Origin: a virus
Lineage: Duplodnaviria; Caudoviricetes
Direction: 5' to 3' (one strand)
Length of the DNA stretch: 64,000 nt
Virus record (IMG/VR): IMGVR_UViG_2562617039_000002
Span: 1,278-65,277 of that record
Under the pieces are notes generated by a model. That model worked only from the letters and a program-made list of their open reading frames with translations, was not told where the DNA came from and did not search any database. The position numbers and the translations under genes were made by a program. This document shows, in pieces, positions 1 to 8,826 of the stretch. How positions within the stretch are numbered: the first letter of the stretch is position 1; each line of letters begins with the position of its first letter.

Positions 1-89
1 TTCTGTCGCGCCCACAAGCAGGAAGGCGAGGATGCGCTGGCTGGACGGCGAAAATAGGAATGCTATTCTCCCCAAACGAGGAGGAGCGC

Positions 90-767
90 ATGTGCAATCT
101 GTACAACATCACAACGACACATGAGGCCATGCGCCGCCTGTTCCCCAAGTTTGGAGATATGACGAACCGCATCGATCCGCAGATGGATATCTTTCCCGAC
201 TATCCAGCCCCAGTTTTGCGGAACCTCAAGGGCGATGAGCCAGAGTTGGCAATGCTCCGCTGGGGCATGCCGACGCCGCCGATGTATGTGAAAGGCGAAG
301 CGGATAGCGGGGTAACGAATATCCGAAACCTCACCTCGCCTCATTGGCGACGCTGGCAAGGCGTTGAAAGCCGGTGCGTCGTTCCTGCAACCTCCTTTTC
401 CGAATATGGGCAGGAACCGGACCCGAAGACCAAGCGCAAGCCGCTGCACTGGTTCGCTCTGAACGAGGAAAAGCCGCTATTTGCTTTCGCCGGAATATGG
501 ACAAGTTGGAAGGGTGTAAGGAAGAAAAAGGAAGGGCCGGTCGAGGTCGATATCTTCGCGTTCCTGACCACCGACCCGAATGCCGTGGTGAAGCCGATCC
601 ACCCAAAGGCAATGCCAGTTATTCTCCGCACCACAGAGGAAATCGACACATGGCTGCGGGCTCCCTGGAACGAAGCCAAGGAAATGCAAAAGCCTCTGGC
701 CGACGCTGATCTTATCGACCTGACGCCGAGTAATGACAACGAGGAAGCGCAGCCGAGTTTGTTCTAG
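90..767 (+). CDS. SOS response-associated peptidase (SRAP/HMCES family, abasic-site protecting)
   Basis: Starts MCNLY (catalytic Cys2) at ATG 90 after GAGGAG; motifs MLRWG, NIRN, RCVVPATSFSE, FAFAGIW, IHPKAMPVIL. Confidence 0.92.
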   Translation: MCNLYNITTTHEAMRRLFPKFGDMTNRIDPQMDIFPDYPAPVLRNLKGDEPELAMLRWGMPTPPMYVKGEADSGVTNIRNLTSPHWRRWQGVESRCVVPATSFSEYGQEPDPKTKRKPLHWFALNEEKPLFAFAGIWTSWKGVRKKKEGPVEVDIFAFLTTDPNAVVKPIHPKAMPVILRTTEEIDTWLRAPWNEAKEMQKPLADADLIDLTPSNDNEEAQPSLF

Positions 768-827
768 GCGCCACTACAAGTTCGCAATCCCCGCCCTACC
801 TTCGTCAAAAAATGAGGAAGGGTGCTT

Positions 828-1040
828 ATGGCGAGTTCAAAGAAAATCTCCGGTCCGAAAAGCGACGGCAAATATCCTGACCGCAATATTGACTGTCAAA
901 CGGCAATCGCGTTCCGCGTCGTTGAACTGATTGAAGAAGCTGAAAACTCCGGCTGGACAGCCATCGAGGCCGCGAAAGCTATCCAAGAAGTGTCACGCGG
1001 ACTATTTGTAGGACACGCCGGCAAGGATCGAAACGAATGA
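828..1040 (+). CDS. Hypothetical protein (70 aa)
   Basis: ORF with GAGGAAGG RBS; no family recognised. Confidence 0.65.
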   Translation: MASSKKISGPKSDGKYPDRNIDCQTAIAFRVVELIEEAENSGWTAIEAAKAIQEVSRGLFVGHAGKDRNE

Positions 1041-1043
1041 TTG

Positions 1044-1068
1044 GGAACAACCTGGACGCTGCCTGGTT
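1044..1068 (+). promoter_or_regulatory. EcfG/RpoE2-type promoter (GGAAC-N17-GTT)
   Basis: GGAAC 1044-1048, GTT 1066-1068, intergenic. Confidence 0.5.
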
Positions 1069-1120
1069 TTAAAAGGTCTCCTTAAACAAATTCGCGTCGT
1101 TGAGAGCCTGCACTGACCCC

Positions 1121-1158
1121 ACCCCGCCATTTCATGAATAGGCGGGGTTCTTTTTTTT
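1121..1158 (+). terminator. Intrinsic terminator
   Basis: ACCCCGCC...GGCGGGGT hairpin followed by TCTTTTTTTT. Confidence 0.85.
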
Positions 1159-1259
1159 CTGCGTCCGGGGTTTTGTGATTTGTATTAAAAGCTTTGGTCG
1201 CCCATTCTTATTGGATTGTTGTGGGGGTTTCTACTAGCGAAAGCTAAAGGGAGACCAAA

Positions 1260-1574
1260 ATGCCGTTTTTTAGCGAAGCGAGCCGCATATATAATCCTAT
1301 TGAAGTGAATTTCATGCGTAGCTGCTTCAGTAATGCAGCAATCATGCTTGAAGAAAGCGACCAGGATTACTCCGCTGCCGACCTGGCATCTTGCATTATC
1401 ATGCTTTACCATAGCGGGCTCAGGGATCACGCTTACCTCAGTGAGCTATCGGCAAGGTTGGCCCACCAACGGTACGAGAGACGCCACAAAATCGAACAAT
1501 GTCCAGCTGCCAACAACAACGGCCCAACGCGGACGGCTCGTGCGCAACCCGTTGAATACGATCCACTCGCCTAG
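1260..1574 (+). CDS. Hypothetical protein (104 aa)
   Basis: ORF with GGGAG RBS; no family recognised. Confidence 0.6.
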   Translation: MPFFSEASRIYNPIEVNFMRSCFSNAAIMLEESDQDYSAADLASCIIMLYHSGLRDHAYLSELSARLAHQRYERRHKIEQCPAANNNGPTRTARAQPVEYDPLA

Positions 1575-1577
1575 GCG

Positions 1578-1602
1578 GGAACAAAAGATCGAAGGTAGAG
1601 TT
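1578..1602 (+). promoter_or_regulatory. EcfG/RpoE2-type promoter upstream of the DUF982 gene
   Basis: GGAAC 1578-1582, N17, GTT 1600-1602. Confidence 0.5.
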
Positions 1603-1725
1603 TCACACGAGGGGGTCTAACCAATTGCCTTGGCGCCAGCACAGCACACCCTGCACCAGAACCGTCGCTGACGCAGCCCTGCCGTCGCTCGTCCCTCGGC
1701 AGGGCAAGTTCTTCGGGAGGGGAAT

Positions 1726-1974
1726 ATGCCTTGGGGAAAACCAGTAGATGTCCAGCTTTACGGTATCGGAAAATACCGCGTGGTACCGGACACGGCGACA
1801 GCCGCTCGATGCCTGCTTGAGGATTGGCCGGAAGACGCTCACGGTAAGGAATATGAGGAGGCGTTGCAGGCTTGCCTGGCCGACCTTGAAGGGCTGCCGA
1901 ACACCGCCAGGAAATCGTTTGTCAAAGCAGCCAAGGCGGCCGGACTGACAATCCGGCCCTGCCAGTGGCACTGA
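1726..1974 (+). CDS. DUF982 domain protein
   Basis: W.KPV.V...G...A.RCLLEDWP...Y.EA..AC...AR.SFV.AA pattern; GGGAGGG RBS. Confidence 0.85.
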   Translation: MPWGKPVDVQLYGIGKYRVVPDTATAARCLLEDWPEDAHGKEYEEALQACLADLEGLPNTARKSFVKAAKAAGLTIRPCQWH

Positions 1975-2110
1975 GATCGTTCAGGCTATCCGAGACGCTC
2001 TGAACGATAGCGCCAGGCTGGGTTAGGCCCCCTGTGCCAAGCGCGGCCCGACAGGTCGGTAGATCTGTCGGGCGTATTTTTGAAATACATATTCCAATAT
2101 CTTTTTGTGC

Positions 2111-2135
2111 GGAACAAAACCGCCACTTTCCTGTT
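2111..2135 (+). promoter_or_regulatory. EcfG/RpoE2-type promoter (GGAAC-N18-TT)
   Basis: GGAAC 2111-2115, TGTT 2132-2135, 27 nt before the NepR-like ATG. Confidence 0.6.
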
Positions 2136-2162
2136 AAGCCGAAACCCAAAAAGGCCTAGGCT

Positions 2163-2357
2163 ATGACAGAACCCAAAAACCATCATAATAATGCACGGCG
2201 AGCATCTCGCGGGATACCAGGAACTCACCAGTCTGCAGAAGCAATCGCCGAATCTTTAAAAGCGCGCTTGATGAAGGCCTTTTCAAATGAGAACGAGGAT
2301 CAGTTTTCTGAGCTACTTGCACGGCTAGAGCAGGCTGAGAAGGGTCGCCACCATTGA
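2163..2357 (+). CDS. NepR-like anti-sigma factor homolog
   Basis: C-terminal IAESLKARLMKAFSNENEDQFSELLARLEQAE resembles the NepR core (IG..LR..Y.....E.VPDRF..LL..L). Confidence 0.55.
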   Translation: MTEPKNHHNNARRASRGIPGTHQSAEAIAESLKARLMKAFSNENEDQFSELLARLEQAEKGRHH

Positions 2358-2423
2358 GCGGCTCTTTACTTTCTCATTTTACCTAATAAAATTTTAGGGC
2401 AGGCATTTAAGACCTTCCCATTT

Positions 2424-2459
2424 ACCCCCGCGCGCTTTTCGCTGCGGGGTTCTTTTTTT
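2424..2459 (+). terminator. Intrinsic terminator between convergent genes
   Basis: CCCCGC...GCGGGG hairpin plus T-run. Confidence 0.8.
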
Positions 2460-2802
2460 AGGCGGCCCGCCTATCCTCCAACGCTTTAAGCCTCTGCGCG
2501 AAGTATATGATCTTGTTAAGGTCATACATTCGACTGGCCGCGTCTTTTTCTCCGAACCGATAGCAAGCCTTGAAGATGTTGCCGAGCGCGAATGACATGC
2601 CTTTGTGCTCGATCAGGTCGTTTAGCTCGGTCGCATGGGGAGGCAGCTCGTAATAGCTCGTGCTGCCGCCGTCGGAGGTGACAGGCGCTGCGGCTGCGCG
2701 TAGCCCCAAGTCGGTTAAGTGAATCGGTTTTGGCATGGGTTGCTTGCTGGAACCCAGTTCGCCACGAGCAATCTCGCGGTCAATTCGTGCGTCTGGAACC
2801 AT
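2458..2802 (-). CDS. DUF3310-like phage protein (T7 gp1.7-related)
   Basis: GGSTSYY...LNDLIEHKGMSFALGNIFKACYRFGEK...YDLNKIIYF pattern. Confidence 0.65.
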   Translation of the reverse strand: MVPDARIDREIARGELGSSKQPMPKPIHLTDLGLRAAAAPVTSDGGSTSYYELPPHATELNDLIEHKGMSFALGNIFKACYRFGEKDAASRMYDLNKIIYFAQRLKALEDRRAA

Positions 2803-3134
2803 TAGACACCCTCCCTCACCTTCCGCTTTGGTTCTTCGAACTTCTCAGTCACCGGCCCGCCCGCAAGCAGACCGCGCAGCGCCGATAGCTTATCGCGAAC
2901 AAGTGGACGAAACCGACGCGCCGCAAACGGCGGGTTGTCGTAACCGAACTGAGGGCAAACCCCTCGATCGACGCCTTTCAGCCGAACGCCGATGAAACTG
3001 CCCTGCGTGTAGTGCTCGAACGGGCCAATCCAGCTTATGGTGTAGACTTCGCCCTCCTTGATCTCCAAGAACTGCTCGAACCCGACCTTGGCATCGATGC
3101 AGACGACCTGCTGTCCTACATGGAAGTTGGTCAT
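2802..3134 (-). CDS. Phage hypothetical protein
   Basis: ATGA-coupled to the upstream gene; FHVGQQVVCID start. Confidence 0.7.
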   Translation of the reverse strand: MTNFHVGQQVVCIDAKVGFEQFLEIKEGEVYTISWIGPFEHYTQGSFIGVRLKGVDRGVCPQFGYDNPPFAARRFRPLVRDKLSALRGLLAGGPVTEKFEEPKRKVREGV

Positions 3135-3634
3135 GCCGCATCCCTCCAAGCCCCTAACCGCCGAAATTCTACCAGCACACCATAGCTACGCGCTCGCGCC
3201 ATTCCTTCCGCCATGCCTCGACTCATACCGAAGTCTTCATAGACAACGCATTTCTCCGCCACGCGATACCATGCAAGGCCGGCCTCGATGCCGAGTTCAC
3301 GTTCATCTGGCCGCATATCATCCAGCACTTGCGTGTGCAGTAGATGACTCGCAATCGGCGCTTCGCTCCGGCGCAAGCTGTCCTGAAGGCAAGCGCGAGC
3401 ATAATTGGTGTTGCGCGCAACGTCGCCACTATAAGGGCTTTCGATGATGACGAGAGGCTTGCGTGCCGGTTGTGAGGCAACGGCCACATTGTCGTTATAA
3501 GGTTTTGGCAGGTGACTTATAACCTTCCCACCTGCCCTAATCTGCCTTCCTTCAACAGCCGCTCGCGCAGCTAGGTCTTCTTCCTGCCATTCGTCGCCTG
3601 GCTGATGTACGCCGTAAAGCTGGTGTAGCTCCAT
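3131..3634 (-). CDS. Nucleoside 2-deoxyribosyltransferase-like / DUF4406-like protein
   Basis: VIIESPYSG...N..YAR...PIASHL...G...S.GM..E-type pattern; AACACGAGGAG RBS. Confidence 0.6.
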   Translation of the reverse strand: MELHQLYGVHQPGDEWQEEDLAARAAVEGRQIRAGGKVISHLPKPYNDNVAVASQPARKPLVIIESPYSGDVARNTNYARACLQDSLRRSEAPIASHLLHTQVLDDMRPDERELGIEAGLAWYRVAEKCVVYEDFGMSRGMAEGMARARSYGVLVEFRRLGAWRDAA

Positions 3635-3687
3635 ATTTCTCTCCTCGTGTTTGTGGTGAAAGCGCCGCTTGGTGGGCGGCGCGGTGG

Positions 3688-4974
3688 TCAGGCTGCCGCA
3701 CGGCTGGGCTTGTTATCATTCGCGGCCACCGGCATACGCGCGGCGCCCATTACCCGGGCGGCCGACAAAATCACTCGCCCGTCTTCGCCATAGTTCTTGT
3801 GGTAAGTGATTACTTTGGCGGAGCGGCCAGAAAGCCAGTTTGAACCATACGCATCTGGAGCGGCTAGTGTCTCGTGCTGTTCGACTTTCATGAGGTCGGT
3901 CGTTCGCAGTTCGTCAGCATGACGGTGGCCGGTGTGAGCGTAACTGTATTTTGTGCGGCCGTAGATCTCGCGGTACTTGCCGACCATGATCGAATCCACG
4001 TTTTTAGTCCCGCGACGATGGCCGTGGTGATAGAATAACGAGACGTTTCCGTGCTCAATGACGGAGTAGGTCCCCGGGTTCGTATCGAAGTTGACGCGGG
4101 GCTCGTCCTCATAAAACGCAGCGAAAGATTCACGAAGCCACACCTCCCCGGCGGGATCGTGATTTGCATCGCACATGATTACGTCCACTTGCTCGTGCTT
4201 TTCGAGCAGCATCCTCACAACGGTGCGGATGATACGGATTGCGGCGCGCACCATCTTTGGATACCGGCTATCGCTGTCCAAAAGGTGGCCGTGTTCCGGC
4301 GTCAGACTCTTGAATGAATCGTAGTGCAGAAAATCGCCTAACTGAGCGAAGACCGCACGCCTGGCGTTAGGAGATTGGGCAATAGCTGCGGCAAACCAGT
4401 CGAGAATTAGTTGTTCCCCGATCCTCAAATCGTAATCGCCCGCCCCGGTTTCTTCATTCCACGCAAGGGCGCCCAAGTGATGATCGGTAATTGTATACTG
4501 GTTCAGCAAGTCATCCGCAGTATGCGTAGGCGGGAGGACGGGCTTTGCTCGCGGGAGTTCATCTTTGAAGCCTTGCAAAGCTGCCGACATCGCTTCGGCG
4601 CGAGCCTTATCGTCAGCCCGCTCCATGATGTGCTGCGTAATCACCCGACCTTCGGCATTAACGAGCGTCGTCTTGCCTTTGACGGCAAGGCCAGCCGTTG
4701 GCTCGTAAGCCGGGCCAGCCTCTTTCGTCTGGCGCATGTAAGTGCCGTTCGGCGTCTCGGTCAGGCTTTTGATCGCATAGCCGGGCAATGTCGGTGACGG
4801 ACCCAACAGCCCAATCTCAGCGGCCCGCTTTATGCTTTCGTGGAACGCCGACTTCTTGATGCCAAGCGCAGCGGCAGCCTTAACCAGCGTACCGTGCTCG
4901 CGGTAAGCCTCGGCACGCCGCAGGAGTTCTTCGTGTGAAAGGCGCGCACCCGCGCCCTGTCTGTCATGGGACAT
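3688..4974 (-). CDS. Calcineurin-like metallophosphoesterase with N-terminal HTH
   Basis: Motifs TDHHLG, GDFLH, ANHD, HHGH, GHRH; start M44 of the track ORF after AACACGAGGAG. Confidence 0.85.
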   Translation of the reverse strand: MSHDRQGAGARLSHEELLRRAEAYREHGTLVKAAAALGIKKSAFHESIKRAAEIGLLGPSPTLPGYAIKSLTETPNGTYMRQTKEAGPAYEPTAGLAVKGKTTLVNAEGRVITQHIMERADDKARAEAMSAALQGFKDELPRAKPVLPPTHTADDLLNQYTITDHHLGALAWNEETGAGDYDLRIGEQLILDWFAAAIAQSPNARRAVFAQLGDFLHYDSFKSLTPEHGHLLDSDSRYPKMVRAAIRIIRTVVRMLLEKHEQVDVIMCDANHDPAGEVWLRESFAAFYEDEPRVNFDTNPGTYSVIEHGNVSLFYHHGHRRGTKNVDSIMVGKYREIYGRTKYSYAHTGHRHADELRTTDLMKVEQHETLAAPDAYGSNWLSGRSAKVITYHKNYGEDGRVILSAARVMGAARMPVAANDNKPSRAAA

Positions 4975-5151
4975 ACAGTCTCCTCGTGTTTGGTTGGTAG
5001 CCGACTCGCGGCGCGGATTGGTCGTCCGATAGTGAAAAGAGAATGAGTCTCGAGATGAGATGTCAAGCGGGAATAAGAAAGACGCCGCGTAACCTTCAGG
5101 CAAGGTTCATCTCCCAGCTTCTGTTTTGAGGATATGGAAGAGGAGTAATCA

Positions 5152-5331
5152 ATGAACGAAGACCGGAGGCGTGAGCGCCGTGGGCGCCCGAGAAACCCGA
5201 TTGAAAAGCTCAGTATTTCCATTCGGTTGGAAGCGGAATTGGTGCGCCGGATCCAAGCAACTGATCCCAACTGGCGTGAGAATATTGCCGATCTGGTCAG
5301 GCGGGAGTTTCAGTTAGAAGATACGAAATGA
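5152..5331 (+). CDS. BrnA-like antitoxin / RHH protein (59 aa, not in ORF track)
   Basis: MNEDRRRERRGRPRNPIEKLSISIRLEAELVRRIQATDPNWRENIADLVRREFQLEDTK; GAGGAG RBS; GRP..K.SISIRL...W BrnA signature. Confidence 0.7.
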   Translation: MNEDRRRERRGRPRNPIEKLSISIRLEAELVRRIQATDPNWRENIADLVRREFQLEDTK

Positions 5332-5431
5332 TCGGCGCCGTACTGGTCCCCATGGTGAGCGGCGCAGAAGGAAGGATGGAATGTCTCGATAAATGTGGTG
5401 TTAATGGAGCGGTGGGAAAAACGATTCCGGG

Positions 5432-6175
5432 GTGGCTAAAGTGCAGGAAATTGATTGGTTCGCGGAAATTTCAAAGTACATCGGGATAGTAGTTGCAGCG
5501 GGTGGCGGCGGAGCTGCAGTTGTATTCGGTGTTTTTCAAGCGTGGGGTAAGGGATGGCTTGATAATCATTTCAACAGGCGGCTTGAAGAGTTTAAGCACG
5601 AACAAACCAAAGAGATCGAAAGGATGAAGCTCAAGGTCAGCACAGTATTCGACAGATCGGTTCGGCTCCACCAGCTTGAATTTGAAGCGCTTCCCACATT
5701 GTGGGAGAAGCTGTTTGAAGCTTACAAGGAGTGCGCGAAATTTATTGCACCATTTCGACAATATGCCGATATAGCAAGGATGAATAACGAAAAACTTACT
5801 TCTTACCTTGTCGAGATCGGATATAGTAAAATCGAAATAGAAATTATAAATGATTCTGATGACAAAGAACAATCATTTGTTCGATTTACGGAAATAAAGA
5901 ACTTTAATAAAGCCTCCGACACGTACAATTCATTCCGTGAATATTTTCAAAAAAAATCTGTCTTCTTAGATAAAGATCTAAAAGATAAAATCGACAGTAT
6001 CTCCGCTTTAACTCGTGCTGCCCTCTATGAGCAACACGATAATCTAATAGAGCGCTATGGAAAGATGGAGCGATCAAATATAAAGGCTTTTCAAGATCGC
6101 GCAAATGGACTGATGGATGAGATCGAAGCTCTCGTTAAGCAGCGACTTTGGGATGCGACCACTGCTCAGGTTTAA
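5432..6175 (+). CDS. AT-rich hypothetical protein with N-terminal transmembrane helix and coiled coil
   Basis: 247-aa ORF, GTG start, hydrophobic residues about 17-37. Confidence 0.75.
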   Translation: MAKVQEIDWFAEISKYIGIVVAAGGGGAAVVFGVFQAWGKGWLDNHFNRRLEEFKHEQTKEIERMKLKVSTVFDRSVRLHQLEFEALPTLWEKLFEAYKECAKFIAPFRQYADIARMNNEKLTSYLVEIGYSKIEIEIINDSDDKEQSFVRFTEIKNFNKASDTYNSFREYFQKKSVFLDKDLKDKIDSISALTRAALYEQHDNLIERYGKMERSNIKAFQDRANGLMDEIEALVKQRLWDATTAQV

Positions 6176-6240
6176 TGACAACCTTGCTTTTTCCTACTTT
6201 CACGCCATCCGGCTGCATCAGTTTGCTAGCTTGCGTCAAC

Positions 6241-6270
6241 AAAAACCCCGCCGAAGCGGGGTTGTTTTTT
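6241..6270. terminator. Bidirectional intrinsic terminator
   Basis: AAAAACCCCGC-CGAA-GCGGGGTTGTTTTTT between convergent genes. Confidence 0.9.
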
Positions 6271-6451
6271 AAGAAGCCTTAAGTTTTGCTAACTCATCTC
6301 GAAGAGTCTTTGAAAAAGCTCTGGTACCTAATCCCACAGTTTTACGAGTTGCTTTTTCTAAAACATCTTTCTGTTCAACGAGAGACGACGAACCGCGCGT
6401 CTTGTCTTTTCGACCGGTAGCAGCTTCCTTTCTTTCAAGCATCGTCAGCAT
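6269..6451 (-). CDS. Small basic hypothetical protein (60 aa)
   Basis: GGAGG RBS before ATG 6451; overlaps the 3' end of the NTN hydrolase gene. Confidence 0.55.
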   Translation of the reverse strand: MLTMLERKEAATGRKDKTRGSSSLVEQKDVLEKATRKTVGLGTRAFSKTLRDELAKLKAS

Positions 6452-7709
6452 GTGGCCCTCCAGCTTGCTTTTGCCCATTATAATCTAAGAAATACGAGTT
6501 TATAAAGCGTAAGTTCCGGTCAGCAGGGAAATAATGTTTCCGCTTCACCCACACGAAGCCATCACCTTTAGAAATCACCGCTACGTCGATAGCTCCACCG
6601 ACCGTCTCAATATCGCGAGAAACTCGCCGTTGCAACGAAGTTAAACTAACAAGCGATTCTGCCAAATTTGCAAGTTCATCTTTTGGCAAGCTGGCCGCCA
6701 TGTCGATGATCGGAGATGCAAAACGTTCCCTTCTATGACGTTCATGTGCCGCCCAATACGCGTCCGATGACGATTTTACTGCAGCTTCAATTGCCGGCAT
6801 TATCGCAGCAAGATTTTCGCCCTCTAGTCCTGCAACTGCTGCTATATCACGCGCATTTCCAAGCAAAAGCTGTTCGAGGCTCTCGTGTAAAAGTGTGGCA
6901 TATTCGGGATCTATTCCTTCCATAAACCGATAGACCATGTCCGATTGTGCAAATGGAAGGATTACGCCTTGGCTGTTTCGCGTTGTATCGTATCTCCGAA
7001 TTTCGATCGATTTGAGCCGACCAGCCAATATGCCATCGATGTTGTAGGCCACTAATGATGGAAGTAATTCCCTGTCGCCAAATCCAGCGATAACAACGCC
7101 AGATGTGGCGGGACTAGATAGGGATTTTCGAATGCCTAGCGATATCAAACGATAAAGTTCGTCCTGAAGTTGAGGAAAATTCTGCATCACTCCAAAAGAA
7201 CTGATTACTCTGAGTTGATTTGCAACTCGCCCTTCCACCAAAACCCACTCGGCTTCATTCAGGAAGTCGTCTGCTCTTTCAAGCTCTGCCAAATAGGTGT
7301 CAATCGACTGTCTTATGCTAACAGCAAGATCTTCCCCGGCGTACGATTGATCAAAGATATGTTGAGCCCAAGCTTGAGCAATCCCGATAGCGGTGCGATC
7401 TTCGTCGTTGATGGTGAAATTGAAAAACGAGGTCAAAAATTCGAGAAAGTCATCCGCTACCAGAAAAACGGTATCACACACGAGATTTGGCCGCTTCCGG
7501 CGATATTCCTTTATGACTGTTTCCCATGGGAAACCAATAAACTCCGCATTTCCATAAATCATAGCTCCGATTGGCTCAGTTTTAGACAATGCGAATAGTT
7601 TGTTTACCGTATCATATGTTTTTTGACGCCCGCCCATGGATAAGGTCACTTTACTGTCAGCCGCCAAGGCGACAGCAGATCGATTAATAATCGCGATTTC
7701 GGCAGTCAT
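6435..7709 (-). CDS. NTN-hydrolase, proteasome-beta/HslV-like protein with large insertion
   Basis: After Met removal T1, D17 (AADS), K36; C-terminal ETVGGAIDVAVISK matches the beta-subunit GG motif. Confidence 0.75.
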   Translation of the reverse strand: MTAEIAIINRSAVALAADSKVTLSMGGRQKTYDTVNKLFALSKTEPIGAMIYGNAEFIGFPWETVIKEYRRKRPNLVCDTVFLVADDFLEFLTSFFNFTINDEDRTAIGIAQAWAQHIFDQSYAGEDLAVSIRQSIDTYLAELERADDFLNEAEWVLVEGRVANQLRVISSFGVMQNFPQLQDELYRLISLGIRKSLSSPATSGVVIAGFGDRELLPSLVAYNIDGILAGRLKSIEIRRYDTTRNSQGVILPFAQSDMVYRFMEGIDPEYATLLHESLEQLLLGNARDIAAVAGLEGENLAAIMPAIEAAVKSSSDAYWAAHERHRRERFASPIIDMAASLPKDELANLAESLVSLTSLQRRVSRDIETVGGAIDVAVISKGDGFVWVKRKHYFPADRNLRFINSYFLDYNGQKQAGGPHADDA

Positions 7710-7900
7710 TCACCCCCCCAAGTCAATGCCCAACATGATTGCAATAAATCGTGATTCGCCATCCTAAGTCGAGGATTTTTGCAAAGGGGATATCACTATC
7801 AAGCCGGACAGCCTTGATGCTCCCTCGGCGCCTTTCTTTATCCCTCCCCTGCGTCCTCCCCACCGCTTGCGGACGCCCTGCCCACCAGCTAAAAGCGCGC

Positions 7901-8092
7901 ATGATTTCAATTTCTTGGTGGGTCGCCGCCCTCGTCTATATGTCAATCTACTGGCCGATTACCGTGATGATAGCGGTGGCTATAGTCATGACGGCGTTCT
8001 TGGGGACGAACAGCGTGGGATGGCGCGCCTTCTGGAGCGGCCTGGCAATCCTGATCGTGGCGCCGGTGATCTGGTTCTACACGCTGGCATAA
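7901..8092 (+). CDS. Small membrane protein (2 TM)
   Basis: Hydrophobic 63-aa ORF; start uncertain. Confidence 0.45.
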   Translation: MISISWWVAALVYMSIYWPITVMIAVAIVMTAFLGTNSVGWRAFWSGLAILIVAPVIWFYTLA

Positions 8093-8218
8093 ATCAGAAC
8101 TCCGGCGTGCAGCCCGCTTCCCTGCCTTCATCCGCTTAAATCATTGAAACGCAGCAAGTCCGTATAGTAAGCTAAGCATATGGGCAGGGCGCAATTCATT
8201 TTGGTAGGAGAATCGCCC

Positions 8219-8431
8219 ATGTCGCCGAAGCTCAAAGCCGCCCTCGTCGGCGCAATCATTGCTGTCGTTGTAGGCTTCGCGGCGTCGCAAGGCTTGATTA
8301 GTCAGCAGACGGCAGAAGAGATCAAAGCGAAGACGAACGAGGTTCTGGCTGAGGAACCAGCCCCCGCCCCTCAACAGCCAGCGCCAACGGAAGCCTCGCA
8401 GCCGCAGCCTGCCGCAACTCAAGGGCAATAG
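8219..8431 (+). CDS. Small membrane-anchored protein with Pro/Gln-rich tail
   Basis: AGGAG RBS; N-terminal hydrophobic helix. Confidence 0.7.
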   Translation: MSPKLKAALVGAIIAVVVGFAASQGLISQQTAEEIKAKTNEVLAEEPAPAPQQPAPTEASQPQPAATQGQ

Positions 8432-8435
8432 TCGG

Positions 8436-8768
8436 TTACGTCCTACTCCTTGTTTTAGGCTGCATCAGATTATCAATTCTCTCGGTGAGCCCGTCGATGC
8501 GATGCGCCACGCTTTCGATGGCCCGCATGATCTGGGAGGTCTGTTCCTGCATGCCAGCCTTCGTGGCGAACGTCTCTGCCGCGCGCAGTTTGTAGTCGGA
8601 AAGCTCCTGCCGCGTCAGGCTGGCAAGAGCGGTTGCAGCGTCTGCTTTCGCCGCGTTGCGGGCCTCGGCTTTAGCGATCTGGCTTTCGACGTACTTCCAA
8701 AGCCCGAACAGAAAGCCCATCAGCATCACGATAAAGCCGACGACGGCCATGATTTCAGCGCCGGTCAT
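8436..8768 (-). CDS. Holin-like lysis-region membrane protein
   Basis: Single N-terminal TM plus coiled coil; last gene of the lysis cassette. Confidence 0.55.
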   Translation of the reverse strand: MTGAEIMAVVGFIVMLMGFLFGLWKYVESQIAKAEARNAAKADAATALASLTRQELSDYKLRAAETFATKAGMQEQTSQIMRAIESVAHRIDGLTERIDNLMQPKTRSRT

Positions 8769-8826
8769 CCAATAATCCCCCTTGCCGCCACACCAAGATA
8801 AAGGCAGGCCAGCCACCATTGCGCGC

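Noticed and set aside
1-90. LexA box (GTTC-N7-GTTC) upstream of SRAP; also looked upstream of denV
   Set aside because: No acceptable match by eye
7815-7870. CU-rich tract (TCCCTCCCC...TCCTCCCC) as another anti-SD sRNA
   Set aside because: No clear enclosing stems, promoter or terminator
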